Part shown: piece after piece, positions 32,454 to 42,628 of the stretch
Layout: the number at the start of each line of letters is the position of its first letter
Position numbering within the stretch: the first letter of the stretch is position 1
Assembly: GCA_000754455.1 (NCBI GenBank)
Contig: JNSE01000033.1
Coordinates: 20,012 to 84,011, forward strand
DNA length: 64,000 nt
Reading direction: 5' to 3'
Origin: an actinobacterium acAMD-2
GTDB taxonomy: Bacteria; Actinomycetota; Actinomycetes; UBA12327
Program-made: the position numbers and the translations under genes
The notes under the pieces: model-generated
Databases searched by the model: none
Told to the model about the DNA's origin: nothing
What the model saw: only the letters and a program-made list of their open reading frames with translations

Positions 32454-33737
32454 CTAGGTCGTGGTGGGTTTTCTCCGCCACCAGAGAACGATTGCCGTCC
32501 CGGCGTAGAGACCCGCCACCACGAGGTTGGTGAGCAATGACCGGCCAGAGGCCGGAAGCACGATCGCGCCGACCGAAGCTGCGGCGACGAAGGCGACGTT
32601 GAACACGACGTCATACAAACTGAAGGTGCGCCCACGAAATTCATCGGGGATGGTTCGTTGCAAGATGGAATCAACACACACCTTGGTGACCTGTGCACTG
32701 ATCCCAACAAAGAACACGCCAATGAGTAGTGGTGTCTTTGTTTGTGGAGTGGCGATGATCAGTTGCGTGATGGCAGCGAACGACAGTGCAGAGATCAAAA
32801 TATTTATGGGTGATAAGTACCGGGAGAGTTCGGGAGTGAGCACGGCGCCAACAAAAAATCCAGCGCCCGCAATCAGGACCACTTGCGCCAGCAAAGCCAA
32901 TCCAGCGTCAGGGTTGAGTGGATCCGAAAATGTGTTACGTGCCAGAAGGACGGCGGTCACTGAAGCAAGGCCAAAGCAGAATCGCTGAATGGCCGTGACG
33001 ACAAAGGCTGTGGAAGCGGTGTGATGACGACGGATTTGACCGACGCCGGCGGCCAATTCGCGCGCGACCTCAATGACCGCCTTGAGAGCGGCAGGAAGCT
33101 CAGCGGCGGGCTCAGGGCCTAAGGCCCGACGGCCCAGTCGCAGGGCCAACGAACCAGCCGCGACGTAGAGACCGGCTGCCACAGCGATCAACATCGCATC
33201 GTTGGTGTCGGTAGCCCCGCCAAAAAGCGAGCGCAGGTACACGCCCAGCCCGGCGCCAAGGACGGTGCTGAGAGTCCCGAGGGTCGGAGCGATGGCATTA
33301 GCAGTGACGACGTTGTCGAGTGGAACAACGCGAGGCACTGATGCACCGAGCGCAGATAACACCAATCGATTAATGCTCACAGCAAGGACGCCAACACTCA
33401 GCAGGGCAATTTCCGGTGCTGAACTCAATGCGATGAGCGCGATGGAAGCGACAAGCGTCGCGCGGGCAAAGTTGGCGATCAACAAAATTTGTCGGCGTTG
33501 CCAACGGTCAATGAACACACCAACAAAAGGCCCAATGACGCAGTAGGGCAAAATCAAGATGGCGAATGCGCTGGCGATGGATTGCGCATCGGCCTGACGT
33601 TCCGGTGAAAACAGGACGTACGAGGCGAGGGCAGTTTGGAAAACCCCATCAGCAAACTGCCCAGCCATACGCACGCTGAGCAGCCGGCGAAAGCCGGAGC
33701 CACGAACAACTGTGGCCACATCGCTGATGTAACTCAC
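32454..33737 (-). CDS. MFS transporter
   Basis: 427 aa with about 12 predicted TM segments and the loop FIDRWQRR typical of the MFS 2-3 loop. Confidence 0.8.
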   Translation of the reverse strand: MSYISDVATVVRGSGFRRLLSVRMAGQFADGVFQTALASYVLFSPERQADAQSIASAFAILILPYCVIGPFVGVFIDRWQRRQILLIANFARATLVASIALIALSSAPEIALLSVGVLAVSINRLVLSALGASVPRVVPLDNVVTANAIAPTLGTLSTVLGAGLGVYLRSLFGGATDTNDAMLIAVAAGLYVAAGSLALRLGRRALGPEPAAELPAALKAVIEVARELAAGVGQIRRHHTASTAFVVTAIQRFCFGLASVTAVLLARNTFSDPLNPDAGLALLAQVVLIAGAGFFVGAVLTPELSRYLSPINILISALSFAAITQLIIATPQTKTPLLIGVFFVGISAQVTKVCVDSILQRTIPDEFRGRTFSLYDVVFNVAFVAAASVGAIVLPASGRSLLTNLVVAGLYAGTAIVLWWRRKPTTT

Positions 33738-33747
33738 AGGGGAAGTA

Positions 33748-34827
33748 TTACCGTTCGATGTCGCCTGCGATGAATTGCTCCACCTTGTTGCGGCAGATGT
33801 CGTCCGCGTACTGCTCCGGTGGGCTCTTCATAAAGTAGGAAGAAGCCGACAGAATCGGGCCTCCGATGCCACGGTCGAGGGCAATTTTGGCCGCCCGAAT
33901 CGCGTCAATGATGATTCCGGCCGAGTTGGGCGAGTCCCACACCTCAAGCTTGTATTCCAAGGACAGAGGGACGTCTCCGAAGGCGCGACCCTCAAGGCGG
34001 ACGAAGGCCCACTTGCGGTCATCGAGCCAGGCCACGTAGTCGGATGGTCCGATGTGAACGTTGCGTGGAGCGATGGGGTCACGCAACTGCGAGGTGACGG
34101 ACTGTGTTTTGGAGATCTTCTTTGACTCCAAGCGCTCGCGCTCGAGCATGTTCATGAAGTCCATGTTTCCACCAACGTTGAGTTGGTAAGTGCGATCAAC
34201 CGTGACGCCGCGGTCTTCGAACAACTTGGCGAGCACGCGGTGGGTGATGGTGGCACCGACTTGAGACTTGATGTCATCGCCAACGATCGGCACGCCCGCT
34301 GCCGTGAACTTGTCAGCCCATTCCTTGGTGCCGGCGATGAAGACGGGAAGTGCATTCACGAACGCGACGCCCGCGTCGATGGCGCACTGTGCGTAGTACT
34401 TGGCTGCTTGCTCTGAACCCACGGGCAAGTAGCACACCAAAACGTCAGCCTTGGTTGCCTTGAGTTCAGCAACGATGTCCACTGGCTCTGCATCGGACTC
34501 AACGACCATCTCGCGGTAGTACTTGCCGAGACCGTCGTAGGTGTGACCGCGCTGAACCTTCACACCGGTAGGTGGAACGTCACAAATCTTGATGGTGTTG
34601 TTTTCGCTGGCACCGATGGCGTCAGCGATGTCAAGGCCGACCTTTTTGGAGTCAACGTCGAAGGCAGCGACGAACTCAACGTCGGAGACGTGGTACTCGC
34701 CGAATTGCACGTGCATCAAGCCAGGAACGGCCTGGGTGGGGTCGGCGTCCTTGTAATATTCGACACCCTGAACAAGTGATGCGGCGCAGTTTCCTACACC
34801 GATGATCGCTACGCGAACCGAACCCAT
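33748..34827 (-). CDS. ino1: inositol-3-phosphate synthase
   Basis: 359 aa with [21 protein letters not shown] and [10 protein letters not shown], characteristic of actinobacterial Ino1. Confidence 0.93.
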   Translation of the reverse strand: MGSVRVAIIGVGNCAASLVQGVEYYKDADPTQAVPGLMHVQFGEYHVSDVEFVAAFDVDSKKVGLDIADAIGASENNTIKICDVPPTGVKVQRGHTYDGLGKYYREMVVESDAEPVDIVAELKATKADVLVCYLPVGSEQAAKYYAQCAIDAGVAFVNALPVFIAGTKEWADKFTAAGVPIVGDDIKSQVGATITHRVLAKLFEDRGVTVDRTYQLNVGGNMDFMNMLERERLESKKISKTQSVTSQLRDPIAPRNVHIGPSDYVAWLDDRKWAFVRLEGRAFGDVPLSLEYKLEVWDSPNSAGIIIDAIRAAKIALDRGIGGPILSASSYFMKSPPEQYADDICRNKVEQFIAGDIER

Positions 34828-34832
34828 GATCG

Positions 34833-35432
34833 TTACTCCTTGTTATTTCTTTGCTGCGCTGGGGCGTCCAACGCAGCCTTTGATCCACGCGACGACGGGC
34901 TGTCTTCGCGCTCTGTTGCAATGAGTTCGTTGAGCCAGCGCACTTCTCGCTCAACAGATTCCAAACCATGCTCCTGAAGTGCCAGGGTGTAGCTATCTAC
35001 ACGTTCGCTTGCTTGACGAAGTGAAGTGCGCAATGTGTCCAAACGCTCTTCGAGTCGTGAGCGACGTCCTTCAAGAATGCGCAGTCGGACGTCCTTATTG
35101 GTGCGAGCAAAAAAGGCCAGGTGCACACCGAAGGCTTCGTCTTCCCACGACGCGGGGCCGGATTCACTGACCAGTTCTTGAAAGCGTTCTTTGCCATCAG
35201 CGGTCAACCGGTAAACGATTTTCGAGCGACGACCAGCGCCACTGGCATCGTCAGCGGCAATGAGTCCCTCGGATGTCATGGTCTTGAGCGCGGGATACAA
35301 CGAGCCGTACGAGTAAGCCCGGAAAGTCCCCAGGGCGCTACCGATGCGCTTGCGCAATTCGTAGCCGTGCATCGGGGAATCGTGGAGTAAACCCAGCACA
35401 GCGAACTCGAGCACTCCGCTCGATCGCGCCAT
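34833..35432 (-). CDS. PadR family transcriptional regulator
   Basis: 199 aa with [23 protein letters not shown]...SLYPALKTM and a coiled C-terminal domain. It lies upstream of ino1. Confidence 0.85.
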   Translation of the reverse strand: MARSSGVLEFAVLGLLHDSPMHGYELRKRIGSALGTFRAYSYGSLYPALKTMTSEGLIAADDASGAGRRSKIVYRLTADGKERFQELVSESGPASWEDEAFGVHLAFFARTNKDVRLRILEGRRSRLEERLDTLRTSLRQASERVDSYTLALQEHGLESVEREVRWLNELIATEREDSPSSRGSKAALDAPAQQRNNKE

Positions 35433-35536
35433 GGTTACCCCTTATCGCCGAACGGGGAACATTCGGGTTGACCGGTTGAACTGATGTATCAGAACGATAC
35501 ATCAAGTTGAACCTATAGGGCGGTCGGGGTCCGGCG

Positions 35537-36034
35537 ATGCAGATAGTGAGCAGATCGGGCGGCCTAGGCACGGCTCGCCCTCAGCCGAACGGATCTGTGC
35601 CGGCAGGCGTAAAAGGGATTACGCTCGCGGCTGTGTGGTCCCAGCGATCGGTCGTGGTTTACGGCCTCCAGCGTCGAGCCGCCCTGGAAGAGCTCTTCCA
35701 CGGGGGCGCCTTTCGCAGCGACCTGTGCGATGCCGATCCCTACACCTTGCGGGCTGCCAAGCATCACGGTGAAGCGACGCAACGCTTGTGTCCGGTTTGT
35801 CGTAAGGAAAATCTGACCCACTTGACCTATGTCTTCGGTGACGAGCTGGGGCACTTGTCTGGACGCATTCGTGCGACGCGTGAACTTGAACCGATGGCAC
35901 ATGAATACGGGGAATTCACTGTCTACGTGATTGAGGTCTGCCAGAACTGTGAGTGGAACCACATGACGATGTCGTTCGTCTTAGGTGATGGCGTAGCAAG
36001 AGGAATTCCCCGACGTCGCCGTGCGGAGGCATAG
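35537..36034 (+). CDS. DUF5318-like protein (Rv0049-type)
   Basis: CDADPYTLRAAKHHGE...CPVCRKE...VCQNCEWNH matches my memory of the Rv0049 family. The true start may be the GTG at 35633. Confidence 0.7.
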   Translation: MQIVSRSGGLGTARPQPNGSVPAGVKGITLAAVWSQRSVVVYGLQRRAALEELFHGGAFRSDLCDADPYTLRAAKHHGEATQRLCPVCRKENLTHLTYVFGDELGHLSGRIRATRELEPMAHEYGEFTVYVIEVCQNCEWNHMTMSFVLGDGVARGIPRRRRAEA

Positions 36035-36035
36035 C

Positions 36036-38087
36036 GTGCGCATCAATTACCCACGCTCGGAGCGCGATGGAGTCATGCGCTTTATTCCTTCGGGACGCCA
36101 ATTCTTGGCGCTTGTGGGCATGGGTTTTGGCTTGCTCCTGCTGGCCTTTTTGGTCCTTTATGCGCTGGTTAAAGTGCCAACTCCCAATGAGTTTTCGACG
36201 GCTCAGGCCACGGTTGTGACCTATGCAGATAGCAAGACAGAGATCGCTCGAGTGGCCGATGCCAATCGCACCTCAATCCCACTGAGCGATGTCCCTCTCG
36301 TCGTTCAACGCGAAGTCTTGGCTGCCGAAGATCGCAACTTTTATGAACATGGCGGGTTTTCTGCATCGGGAATTGCTCGTGCTGCCTGGAACAACGTGAT
36401 TGGTGGATCAACGCAGGGTGGATCAACGATCACCCAGCAATACGCGAAGAATGCGTATTTGACCCAGGATCGCACCTTGACGCGCAAGGCCAAGGAATTG
36501 GTGCTGTCGATCAAGCTCAGTCAAACGCGGAGCAAAGAACGCATCCTCGAGGATTACCTCAACACCATTTACTTTGGCCGCGGCGCGTACGGCATCGAGG
36601 CGGCATCGCAGGCGTACTTCAAGATCCCCGCATCGAAGTTGACCGGAACCCAGGGCGCGGTTTTGGCATCGCTGATTCGCTCGCCTGCGGGCTATGCACC
36701 GGAAACAAACAAGGATCGCCTGCGCGGTCGATGGAATTACGTCCTTGACGCCATGGTGGCTAAGGAATGGATTACCGAGAAGTCACGAGACCGTCAAAAA
36801 TTCCCCAAGATTGCCAAGCGAGGAAGCGGTAATCGTCTAGAAGGTGACAACGGTTTCCTGGTGGATATGGCACGCCGTGAATTATCGGCCTTGGGCTTTA
36901 GTGAAGAAGAAGTCGCGCGCGGCGGTTATCGAATCACTACCACTTTTGACCAAAAAGCAATGAACGCTGCGCGGACTGCTGTCGAAGAAAAGGGCCCGGA
37001 GACTGGGGTGAAGGGATTGCGCATTGGCATTGCTGCAGTTCAACCTGGTACTGGTGCGGTATTGGCGATTTATGGTGGGGACGACTACCTCACCGACCAG
37101 TTCAACAACGCCACGCAAGGCACCGTGCAGGCGGGCTCAACGTTTAAGCCTTTTGCGTTGGCCGCGGCCCTGGAAAACGACATTTCGTTATACGACAGGT
37201 TTAGTGGAGTAAACGGTGCCACCTTCACATTCCCTGGATTTGCGCCCTATCGGGTCAACAACTTTGATGGATACAACGCCGGCGGGTCGATCTCGTTGCT
37301 CCGTGCGACTCAGTCGTCGGTCAACACCGCCTATGTTGACTTAGAAAATGAGATCACTCCAGAAGCTGTTGTTGATTCGGCTATCCGAGCTGGAATTCCT
37401 GGGGCAACAGCGGGATTAAATGCCGGACCAACGACGGTTTTAGGCACCTCATCGCCTCACACCCTTGATATGGCTGCGGCCTATGCCACTTTTGCCGCTC
37501 GTGGCTTGCAAGCCAATCCGTATGTCATCGCCAGCGTCCGGAATGCCAACGGTGGGTTGTTGTATTCCAAGCGCCCTGAAGTTTCGCGCGCGTATGACGC
37601 TGACATCGCTAGCCAAGTCACCTATGCGCTCACCCAAGTGGTGAAAAACGGTTCAGGATTTGCCGCTCAGGACCTGGGTCGACCAGCCGCTGGTAAAACC
37701 GGAACCACCAACTCAAACCTGTCGGCATGGTTTGTGGGGTACACCCCTGAAATTTCTGTTGCCGTATCAATGGCTAAGTCCACCGAGTCGGGTGGCTTGA
37801 AAACGTTGCGCGGAACGGGTGGGCTGACCCGCGTCACGGGCGGTTCCTTCCCTGCCCGCATGTGGACCGCGATGGTCAAGGCGTTCTTGAAGGACACACC
37901 GGTTCAACAATTTGATGGCACGACATTCAATTCCGGCGGTTATAGCGGGGGCGGTTCGTCTAGCTCCAAGTCGACGAAGTCACCAAAGGCAACGTCAACG
38001 GCCAAGCCCACGGCTGTGCCCACGACTAATGCACCAACTCCAGAACCCACGGTGCCACCTGCCACTTCGCCCGCTGCCACGCCATAA
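36036..38087 (+). CDS. ponA: bifunctional class A penicillin-binding protein (transglycosylase/transpeptidase)
   Basis: GT51 motifs EDRNFYEHGG and GGSTITQQ. Transpeptidase motifs STFKP and KTGTT. Pro/Thr-rich tail. GTG at 36036 preferred because GGAGG lies 6 nt upstream. Confidence 0.9.
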   Translation: MRINYPRSERDGVMRFIPSGRQFLALVGMGFGLLLLAFLVLYALVKVPTPNEFSTAQATVVTYADSKTEIARVADANRTSIPLSDVPLVVQREVLAAEDRNFYEHGGFSASGIARAAWNNVIGGSTQGGSTITQQYAKNAYLTQDRTLTRKAKELVLSIKLSQTRSKERILEDYLNTIYFGRGAYGIEAASQAYFKIPASKLTGTQGAVLASLIRSPAGYAPETNKDRLRGRWNYVLDAMVAKEWITEKSRDRQKFPKIAKRGSGNRLEGDNGFLVDMARRELSALGFSEEEVARGGYRITTTFDQKAMNAARTAVEEKGPETGVKGLRIGIAAVQPGTGAVLAIYGGDDYLTDQFNNATQGTVQAGSTFKPFALAAALENDISLYDRFSGVNGATFTFPGFAPYRVNNFDGYNAGGSISLLRATQSSVNTAYVDLENEITPEAVVDSAIRAGIPGATAGLNAGPTTVLGTSSPHTLDMAAAYATFAARGLQANPYVIASVRNANGGLLYSKRPEVSRAYDADIASQVTYALTQVVKNGSGFAAQDLGRPAAGKTGTTNSNLSAWFVGYTPEISVAVSMAKSTESGGLKTLRGTGGLTRVTGGSFPARMWTAMVKAFLKDTPVQQFDGTTFNSGGYSGGGSSSSKSTKSPKATSTAKPTAVPTTNAPTPEPTVPPATSPAATP

Positions 38088-38110
38088 TTCTTAGTAGGAG
38101 GTTTGCCCTG

Positions 38111-38446
38111 ATGTTTGGTTCTTCATCCGTTCCATCAATGTCGTTAGCTGATCTATCCGATGAGTTGTTCTTGCTTGATGTGCGCGAGGACGACGAATGG
38201 GAAGCCGGACATGCACCAACAGCGGTGCATGCAGCTATGTCGTTACAAGCAGGAATTCTTGATCTGCTTCCGGCTGAGGGGACAATTGCGGTGATTTGTA
38301 AAGCCGGCAGTCGATCGGCCAAAGTTACGCAGTTCCTGGTTGATCAGGGCCGCGAGGCAATCAATGTGGAGGGCGGAATGATGGGTTGGGCTGCTGCTGG
38401 TCGCCCGGTCATCACTAATCAAGGCGACGAGGGCTTCGTTCTTTGA
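38111..38446 (+). CDS. rhodanese-like domain protein
   Basis: 111 aa with LLDVREDDEWEAGHAP and the active-site loop CKAGSRS. Confidence 0.8.
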   Translation: MFGSSSVPSMSLADLSDELFLLDVREDDEWEAGHAPTAVHAAMSLQAGILDLLPAEGTIAVICKAGSRSAKVTQFLVDQGREAINVEGGMMGWAAAGRPVITNQGDEGFVL

Positions 38447-39753
38447 GTTCGCTACTCCTAGCGGACCTAGCAGACGTTGTCGGAGCTGAGCACGTTCTCA
38501 CCGACCCCGATGTCACACAATCGTTTGGCACCGACTGGACGCGGGCCTGGTCAAGCATCCCGCTTGCGGTGATTCGGCCGGCTTCAACAGCCGAGGTAGC
38601 GGCCGTCATGACGTTGTGTCACACCCATGGAACGCCGGTGGTCGCACAAGGTGGCAATACCGGTCTGGTGGGTGGCGGTGTTCCCCATGGTGATCGCACG
38701 TCTGTTGTTGTGTCGATGACGCGACTGAACTCCATCGCAGCAGTGGATCGAGCAACGCAAACCGTGGAAGTGGGCGCCGGTGTGACGTTGTCACAGTTGC
38801 AAGCTCACGCCAGCGCTGCAGGATTTCGTTATGCCGTTGATTTAGCAGCGCGAGACTCAGCCACGGTGGGTGGAATGGTGGCAACCAACGCGGGTGGATT
38901 GCGCGTCGTGGGACTGGGCGACACCCGCGCGCAAGTCATGGGCGTAGAAGCAGTGCTGGCCGATGGCACCATCATTCGTCGGTTGGAGCCGTTAGCTAAA
39001 GACAACGGTGGCTACAACCTCAGCCAACTGATGACCGGATCCGAAGGCACGCTGGGTGTGATCACGGCGGCTCGCTTGCGCTTAGTGCGTCAACCCGCAG
39101 AACCAGAAGTGGTCACGTTGATTGGTCTGCCGGATGTGGAATCAGCCGTTGATTTGGTGGCATCGGCTCGCCAGCGTGGTGACCTCACAGCGGCGGAAAT
39201 GATCCGCGCCGAGGGGATGGCGATCGTTCGGGCCGTATGTGGGCTCACGCAGCCTCTAGCCCGTGAACACCCGGTATATTTATTGCTTGAAACTGCGACA
39301 CTGCCGGATCTTCCTGACGATGTTGATGCCGCTGTCGATCCACGCATGTGGGAATACCGCGATCGCCAGGCCGAAGCCGTGGCCACCTTAGGGATTCCGT
39401 TCAAGCTGGATGTGTGTTTACCCATTGCGTCCATTCCAGAATTCTTGAACAAGATGGATCAACTGCCCGACACCCATGGACGCGAAGTCCATGTCTATGC
39501 ACACCTTGGTGATGGCAACCTGCACATTAATTTGGTGGATATCGATGAACCAACGAGTGAGCGACTGGATGAGCAAGTGCTCACTCTCGTTGCGCAATTC
39601 GGTGGCTCTATTGCAGCCGAACATGGGGTGGGAGTTCACAAGACCAAGTGGCTGCACTTGTCCCGCAGTAGTGCCGAAATTGCGACCATGAAGGCGATCA
39701 AGAACACCCTCGATCCGACCGGGATTCTCAACCCCGGGGTTTTGTTGCCCTAG
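38443..39753 (+). CDS. FAD-linked oxidase (GlcD/D-lactate dehydrogenase-like)
   Basis: 436 aa with an FAD_binding_4 pattern (VVAQGGNTGLVGG, GGMVATNAGG) and the C-terminal AEHGVG. Confidence 0.8.
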   Translation: MSSLLLADLADVVGAEHVLTDPDVTQSFGTDWTRAWSSIPLAVIRPASTAEVAAVMTLCHTHGTPVVAQGGNTGLVGGGVPHGDRTSVVVSMTRLNSIAAVDRATQTVEVGAGVTLSQLQAHASAAGFRYAVDLAARDSATVGGMVATNAGGLRVVGLGDTRAQVMGVEAVLADGTIIRRLEPLAKDNGGYNLSQLMTGSEGTLGVITAARLRLVRQPAEPEVVTLIGLPDVESAVDLVASARQRGDLTAAEMIRAEGMAIVRAVCGLTQPLAREHPVYLLLETATLPDLPDDVDAAVDPRMWEYRDRQAEAVATLGIPFKLDVCLPIASIPEFLNKMDQLPDTHGREVHVYAHLGDGNLHINLVDIDEPTSERLDEQVLTLVAQFGGSIAAEHGVGVHKTKWLHLSRSSAEIATMKAIKNTLDPTGILNPGVLLP

Positions 39754-39773
39754 TTCTTCCCGGAGTCCGCACT

Positions 39774-40295
39774 GTGTCGTTCCCGCAGTTTGATGCGTAT
39801 TCGCGCGAGCATGGCAACGTGGCAAAACAACGGTCGTGGCCCTTAGTTCTTATCGGCGCAGTGGTGGCTTTGGCTGTGGGCGCCTTGGTATGGGTGGTGT
39901 GGCTCGCCCCTGGTCAGCCCACCGTTGATCAACCGGTGGCTACTGCTTCTGCGTCGCCTTCTGCGGAGGAGACGCCAGAACAAACCCCCAGTGCAACTCC
40001 CACCGGTACACCAACCCTGACTGCCTCGCCCACCCCCACCGATGAGGTGGACAACCCCATTGATGACGCCATCGTGGGTTACCCAGGTTCGCCTATCAAG
40101 CCATCGGCTGTCGCGCGCGATGTCGTGCGGGTGATTCAGCAACGCATTGTTGATTTGGGAACCAAGCTCACTGTTGATGGCGTCTACGGAACCCGAACGA
40201 CCACTGCGGTAAAGGCATTTCAAAAAGACAATGGTTTGCCGGTGACCGGAATCGTTGATCGAGACACCTGGGGGGCGTTGTTCACATCGGATTAG
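39774..40295 (+). CDS. membrane-anchored peptidoglycan-binding domain protein
   Basis: 173 aa with an N-terminal TM segment, a Pro/Thr-rich linker and a C-terminal PG_binding_1-like AVKAFQKDNGLPVTGIVDRDTW. Confidence 0.65.
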   Translation: MSFPQFDAYSREHGNVAKQRSWPLVLIGAVVALAVGALVWVVWLAPGQPTVDQPVATASASPSAEETPEQTPSATPTGTPTLTASPTPTDEVDNPIDDAIVGYPGSPIKPSAVARDVVRVIQQRIVDLGTKLTVDGVYGTRTTTAVKAFQKDNGLPVTGIVDRDTWGALFTSD

Positions 40296-40456
40296 TAAGA
40301 ATCTCTTGACCTGAATTTGACCAAAGATTGGTTTCCTCAAGAGGATTGTTCTGTCCGGTATGGGTAGATTTTGATTACCCGGGTGTCGTCGCATCCCCCG
40401 TCGGCGGCACTCGGGCCCTTTAACTACGCCATGCCACTGGCCTTGTTTTTACGGGT

Positions 40457-41092
40457 TTACCCGGCGAAGACTTCGGCGATCGCGCTGCCGGCCAAGATTG
40501 CCAAAACCCCAGCGCTAATGAAACGCACGCGATGCAGCGGGACTCTGCTGAAGATCCAGCGGCCGGCCAAGACAGCCAGCCCAGCGACCAGGACAAGAGC
40601 TAGCCATGCACCAATGAAGACTGAGACAGGCTCACCGGTTCTCGCAGACTGACTGGCGGTCAAGAGCTGGGACAGGTCTCCCCACTCGGCGACAAACAGG
40701 ACGACAAAGGACGTCGTCGCCATCTTCCACGCGGAGGTGGGCGTAGCGGCCTTGGTGATCGCCTCTTCTTCCTCAGCCAGCAAAGCGTCAGCCTCGGCTT
40801 TGGCCACTTGACGACTTTTCATGGCGCCCTTGAACAAGATGGCTGCGCCAGCGGCGAAAATCACTGCTGCCACCCCGGCCACTAGTGCTGGGGGAAGTAG
40901 GGAGAGCAGCCCCCCCAAGGAAACGGCGATGGCTGTTTGGACAAAGAACGCGGTACTGACCCCGAGCCACACAGGCAAATGGCGAAATCGCGTGGCCAGA
41001 ATCAACGTGGCAATAAACGTCTTGTCTGGCAATTCAGCCGGCACGATGAGGGCGAAAGTGCTCAGCGTCGCGCCCAGATCAAGAACAGCCAT
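40457..41092 (-). CDS. UPF0016/GDT1 (TMEM165) family cation transporter
   Basis: Two E-x-G-D-(K/L)-(T/S) motifs (ELPDKTF, EWGDLSQ). ATG at 41092 preferred by family N-terminal length. The track ORF extends to a TTG at 41140. Confidence 0.75.
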   Translation of the reverse strand: MAVLDLGATLSTFALIVPAELPDKTFIATLILATRFRHLPVWLGVSTAFFVQTAIAVSLGGLLSLLPPALVAGVAAVIFAAGAAILFKGAMKSRQVAKAEADALLAEEEEAITKAATPTSAWKMATTSFVVLFVAEWGDLSQLLTASQSARTGEPVSVFIGAWLALVLVAGLAVLAGRWIFSRVPLHRVRFISAGVLAILAGSAIAEVFAG

Positions 41093-41176
41093 GCGGTGAA
41101 CAGTATTGGATCGAGGGTGGGGCACTACGCTGACGCACAACCGATCCTGCTGGGAGCAGCTGTGGAATTAAGCACG

Positions 41177-41653
41177 ATGACCCTCGAGGTCCTAGCGATT
41201 GCTGGAACTGTCTTGGGCCTGCTGGCGTTTATTCTCGCCCTGGTTGCACAGTTGCGGTTTCGCCGAATGCGCCGTGAATATCAGGTGTTGCAGGGCGAGG
41301 ACGATCAGTCCACTTTTGTAGCTTCGGTGGCACGTCACGTCGACGAAGTAGACAAACTCCGAGTAGATATCGCTAAGCAGCGTGAAGTCATCACGCAATT
41401 GCAGACGGACCTCCACGACGCCATCCGGCATGTTGCGGTTGTTCGTTACGACGCCTTTGGCGACATGGGTGGTCGCTACTCGTTCTCGCTGGCCTTGCTG
41501 GACGATGACGGTGATGGCTTGGTGCTCACGGCCATTCACGCGCGCAGCGATACCCGTACCTACTTCAAGGGTGTGCGTTCTGGGGCAAGCGATGAGCCGC
41601 TCTCTCCTGAGGAACTGCGCGTGATCGCTCTAGCTCAAGGCAAAGAGGAATGA
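41177..41653 (+). CDS. DUF4446-like membrane-anchored protein
   Basis: ATG at 41177 within ORF 40937..41653. N-terminal TM segment and VRYDAFGDMGGRYSFSLALLDDDGDGLVLT, as I recall for DUF4446. Confidence 0.65.
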   Translation: MTLEVLAIAGTVLGLLAFILALVAQLRFRRMRREYQVLQGEDDQSTFVASVARHVDEVDKLRVDIAKQREVITQLQTDLHDAIRHVAVVRYDAFGDMGGRYSFSLALLDDDGDGLVLTAIHARSDTRTYFKGVRSGASDEPLSPEELRVIALAQGKEE

Positions 41654-42570
41654 CCCGGATTGCCTACCTAGGTCCGGCCGGCACGTTTACTGAGCGGGCC
41701 GCCAGCCAGGTACAGGATGCAGACGCAGAACTGGTTCCCTTTCATACGGTCCTGGCTGAATTGGATGCTCTACGTGCCGGCGAAGTGGACGTCGCCGTGG
41801 TTGCTTTTGAAAACTCGGTAGAAGGCTCGGTCGCTATTTCGCTTGATGGCTTGGCCTTCGGGGAACCACTGGTGATCACCGATGAGGTGGTACTGCCCGT
41901 TTCCTTCGCGCTTCTTGTTCGCCCTGGCACAGCCCTGGCTGACATAAAGACCGTGGCCGCCCATTCACATGCCGAGCCGCAGTGCCGTAACTGGCTGAAG
42001 GCCACCATTCCGGATGCGGTTTTTGAACCCTCGGCGAGTAATGCAGATGCTGCGCGCGAAGTGCAGTCCGGACGTTGGGATGCAGCCCTAGCAGGCGCGT
42101 TTGCTGCTCCTCGCTACGGATTGGACGTCTTGGCTGACGAGATTCATGATGTTGAGGGAGCCGAAACTCGCTTTGTCGTGGTGCGGCGCCCGCAGGCTCC
42201 ACCAGCGCCAACGGGAAGCGACAAGACGACGTTGGTGTTGTTCCCGCAGGATGATCACCCGGGCGGACTGCTGGAAATTTTGGCCGAGTTTGCTAACCAG
42301 GGCATCAACCTCGAGCGACTCGAGTCTCGACCTACCGGCGATGGTTTGGGGCAGTACTGCTTCAGCATGGACGCAGAGGGTCACATCAATGACCAGGCGA
42401 TGGGTGCTGCATTGATGGGACTGCGCGCCCTGTGTGCTGACATTCGCTATTTGGGTTCGTACCCCAGGGCCCATTCGACAGCTTCGAGTGATCGTCGCGC
42501 GCCTCGCACGGGATCCGGTGTTGATTCGGTCACCTGGCTAGAGCAATTGCGTCAGGGCCACACTTCGTAG
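41650..42570 (+). CDS. pheA: prephenate dehydratase
   Basis: 306 aa with IAYLGPAGTF, TRFVVV and the ACT-domain LESRP motif. Confidence 0.9.
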   Translation: MTRIAYLGPAGTFTERAASQVQDADAELVPFHTVLAELDALRAGEVDVAVVAFENSVEGSVAISLDGLAFGEPLVITDEVVLPVSFALLVRPGTALADIKTVAAHSHAEPQCRNWLKATIPDAVFEPSASNADAAREVQSGRWDAALAGAFAAPRYGLDVLADEIHDVEGAETRFVVVRRPQAPPAPTGSDKTTLVLFPQDDHPGGLLEILAEFANQGINLERLESRPTGDGLGQYCFSMDAEGHINDQAMGAALMGLRALCADIRYLGSYPRAHSTASSDRRAPRTGSGVDSVTWLEQLRQGHTS

Positions 42571-42628
42571 TTCGCCTCGCGTGCCTCCGTCCACAAGGGC
42601 ACAGCCCAACGCTTGTAGGGTCTAACAC

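Noticed and set aside
40296-40456. A 160-bp convergent intergenic region contains TTGACC-like hexamers and an imperfect GC-rich dyad. I considered it as a small RNA or bidirectional terminator.
   Set aside because: Promoter spacing is poor and the dyad is weak (several mismatches, no T-tract). I cannot support any call from sequence alone.
41093-41176. I looked for a yybP-ykoY (Mn) riboswitch upstream of the UPF0016/GDT1 transporter gene.
   Set aside because: Only 36-84 nt separate it from the divergent DUF4446 gene. That is too short for the riboswitch, and I saw no matching conserved helices.
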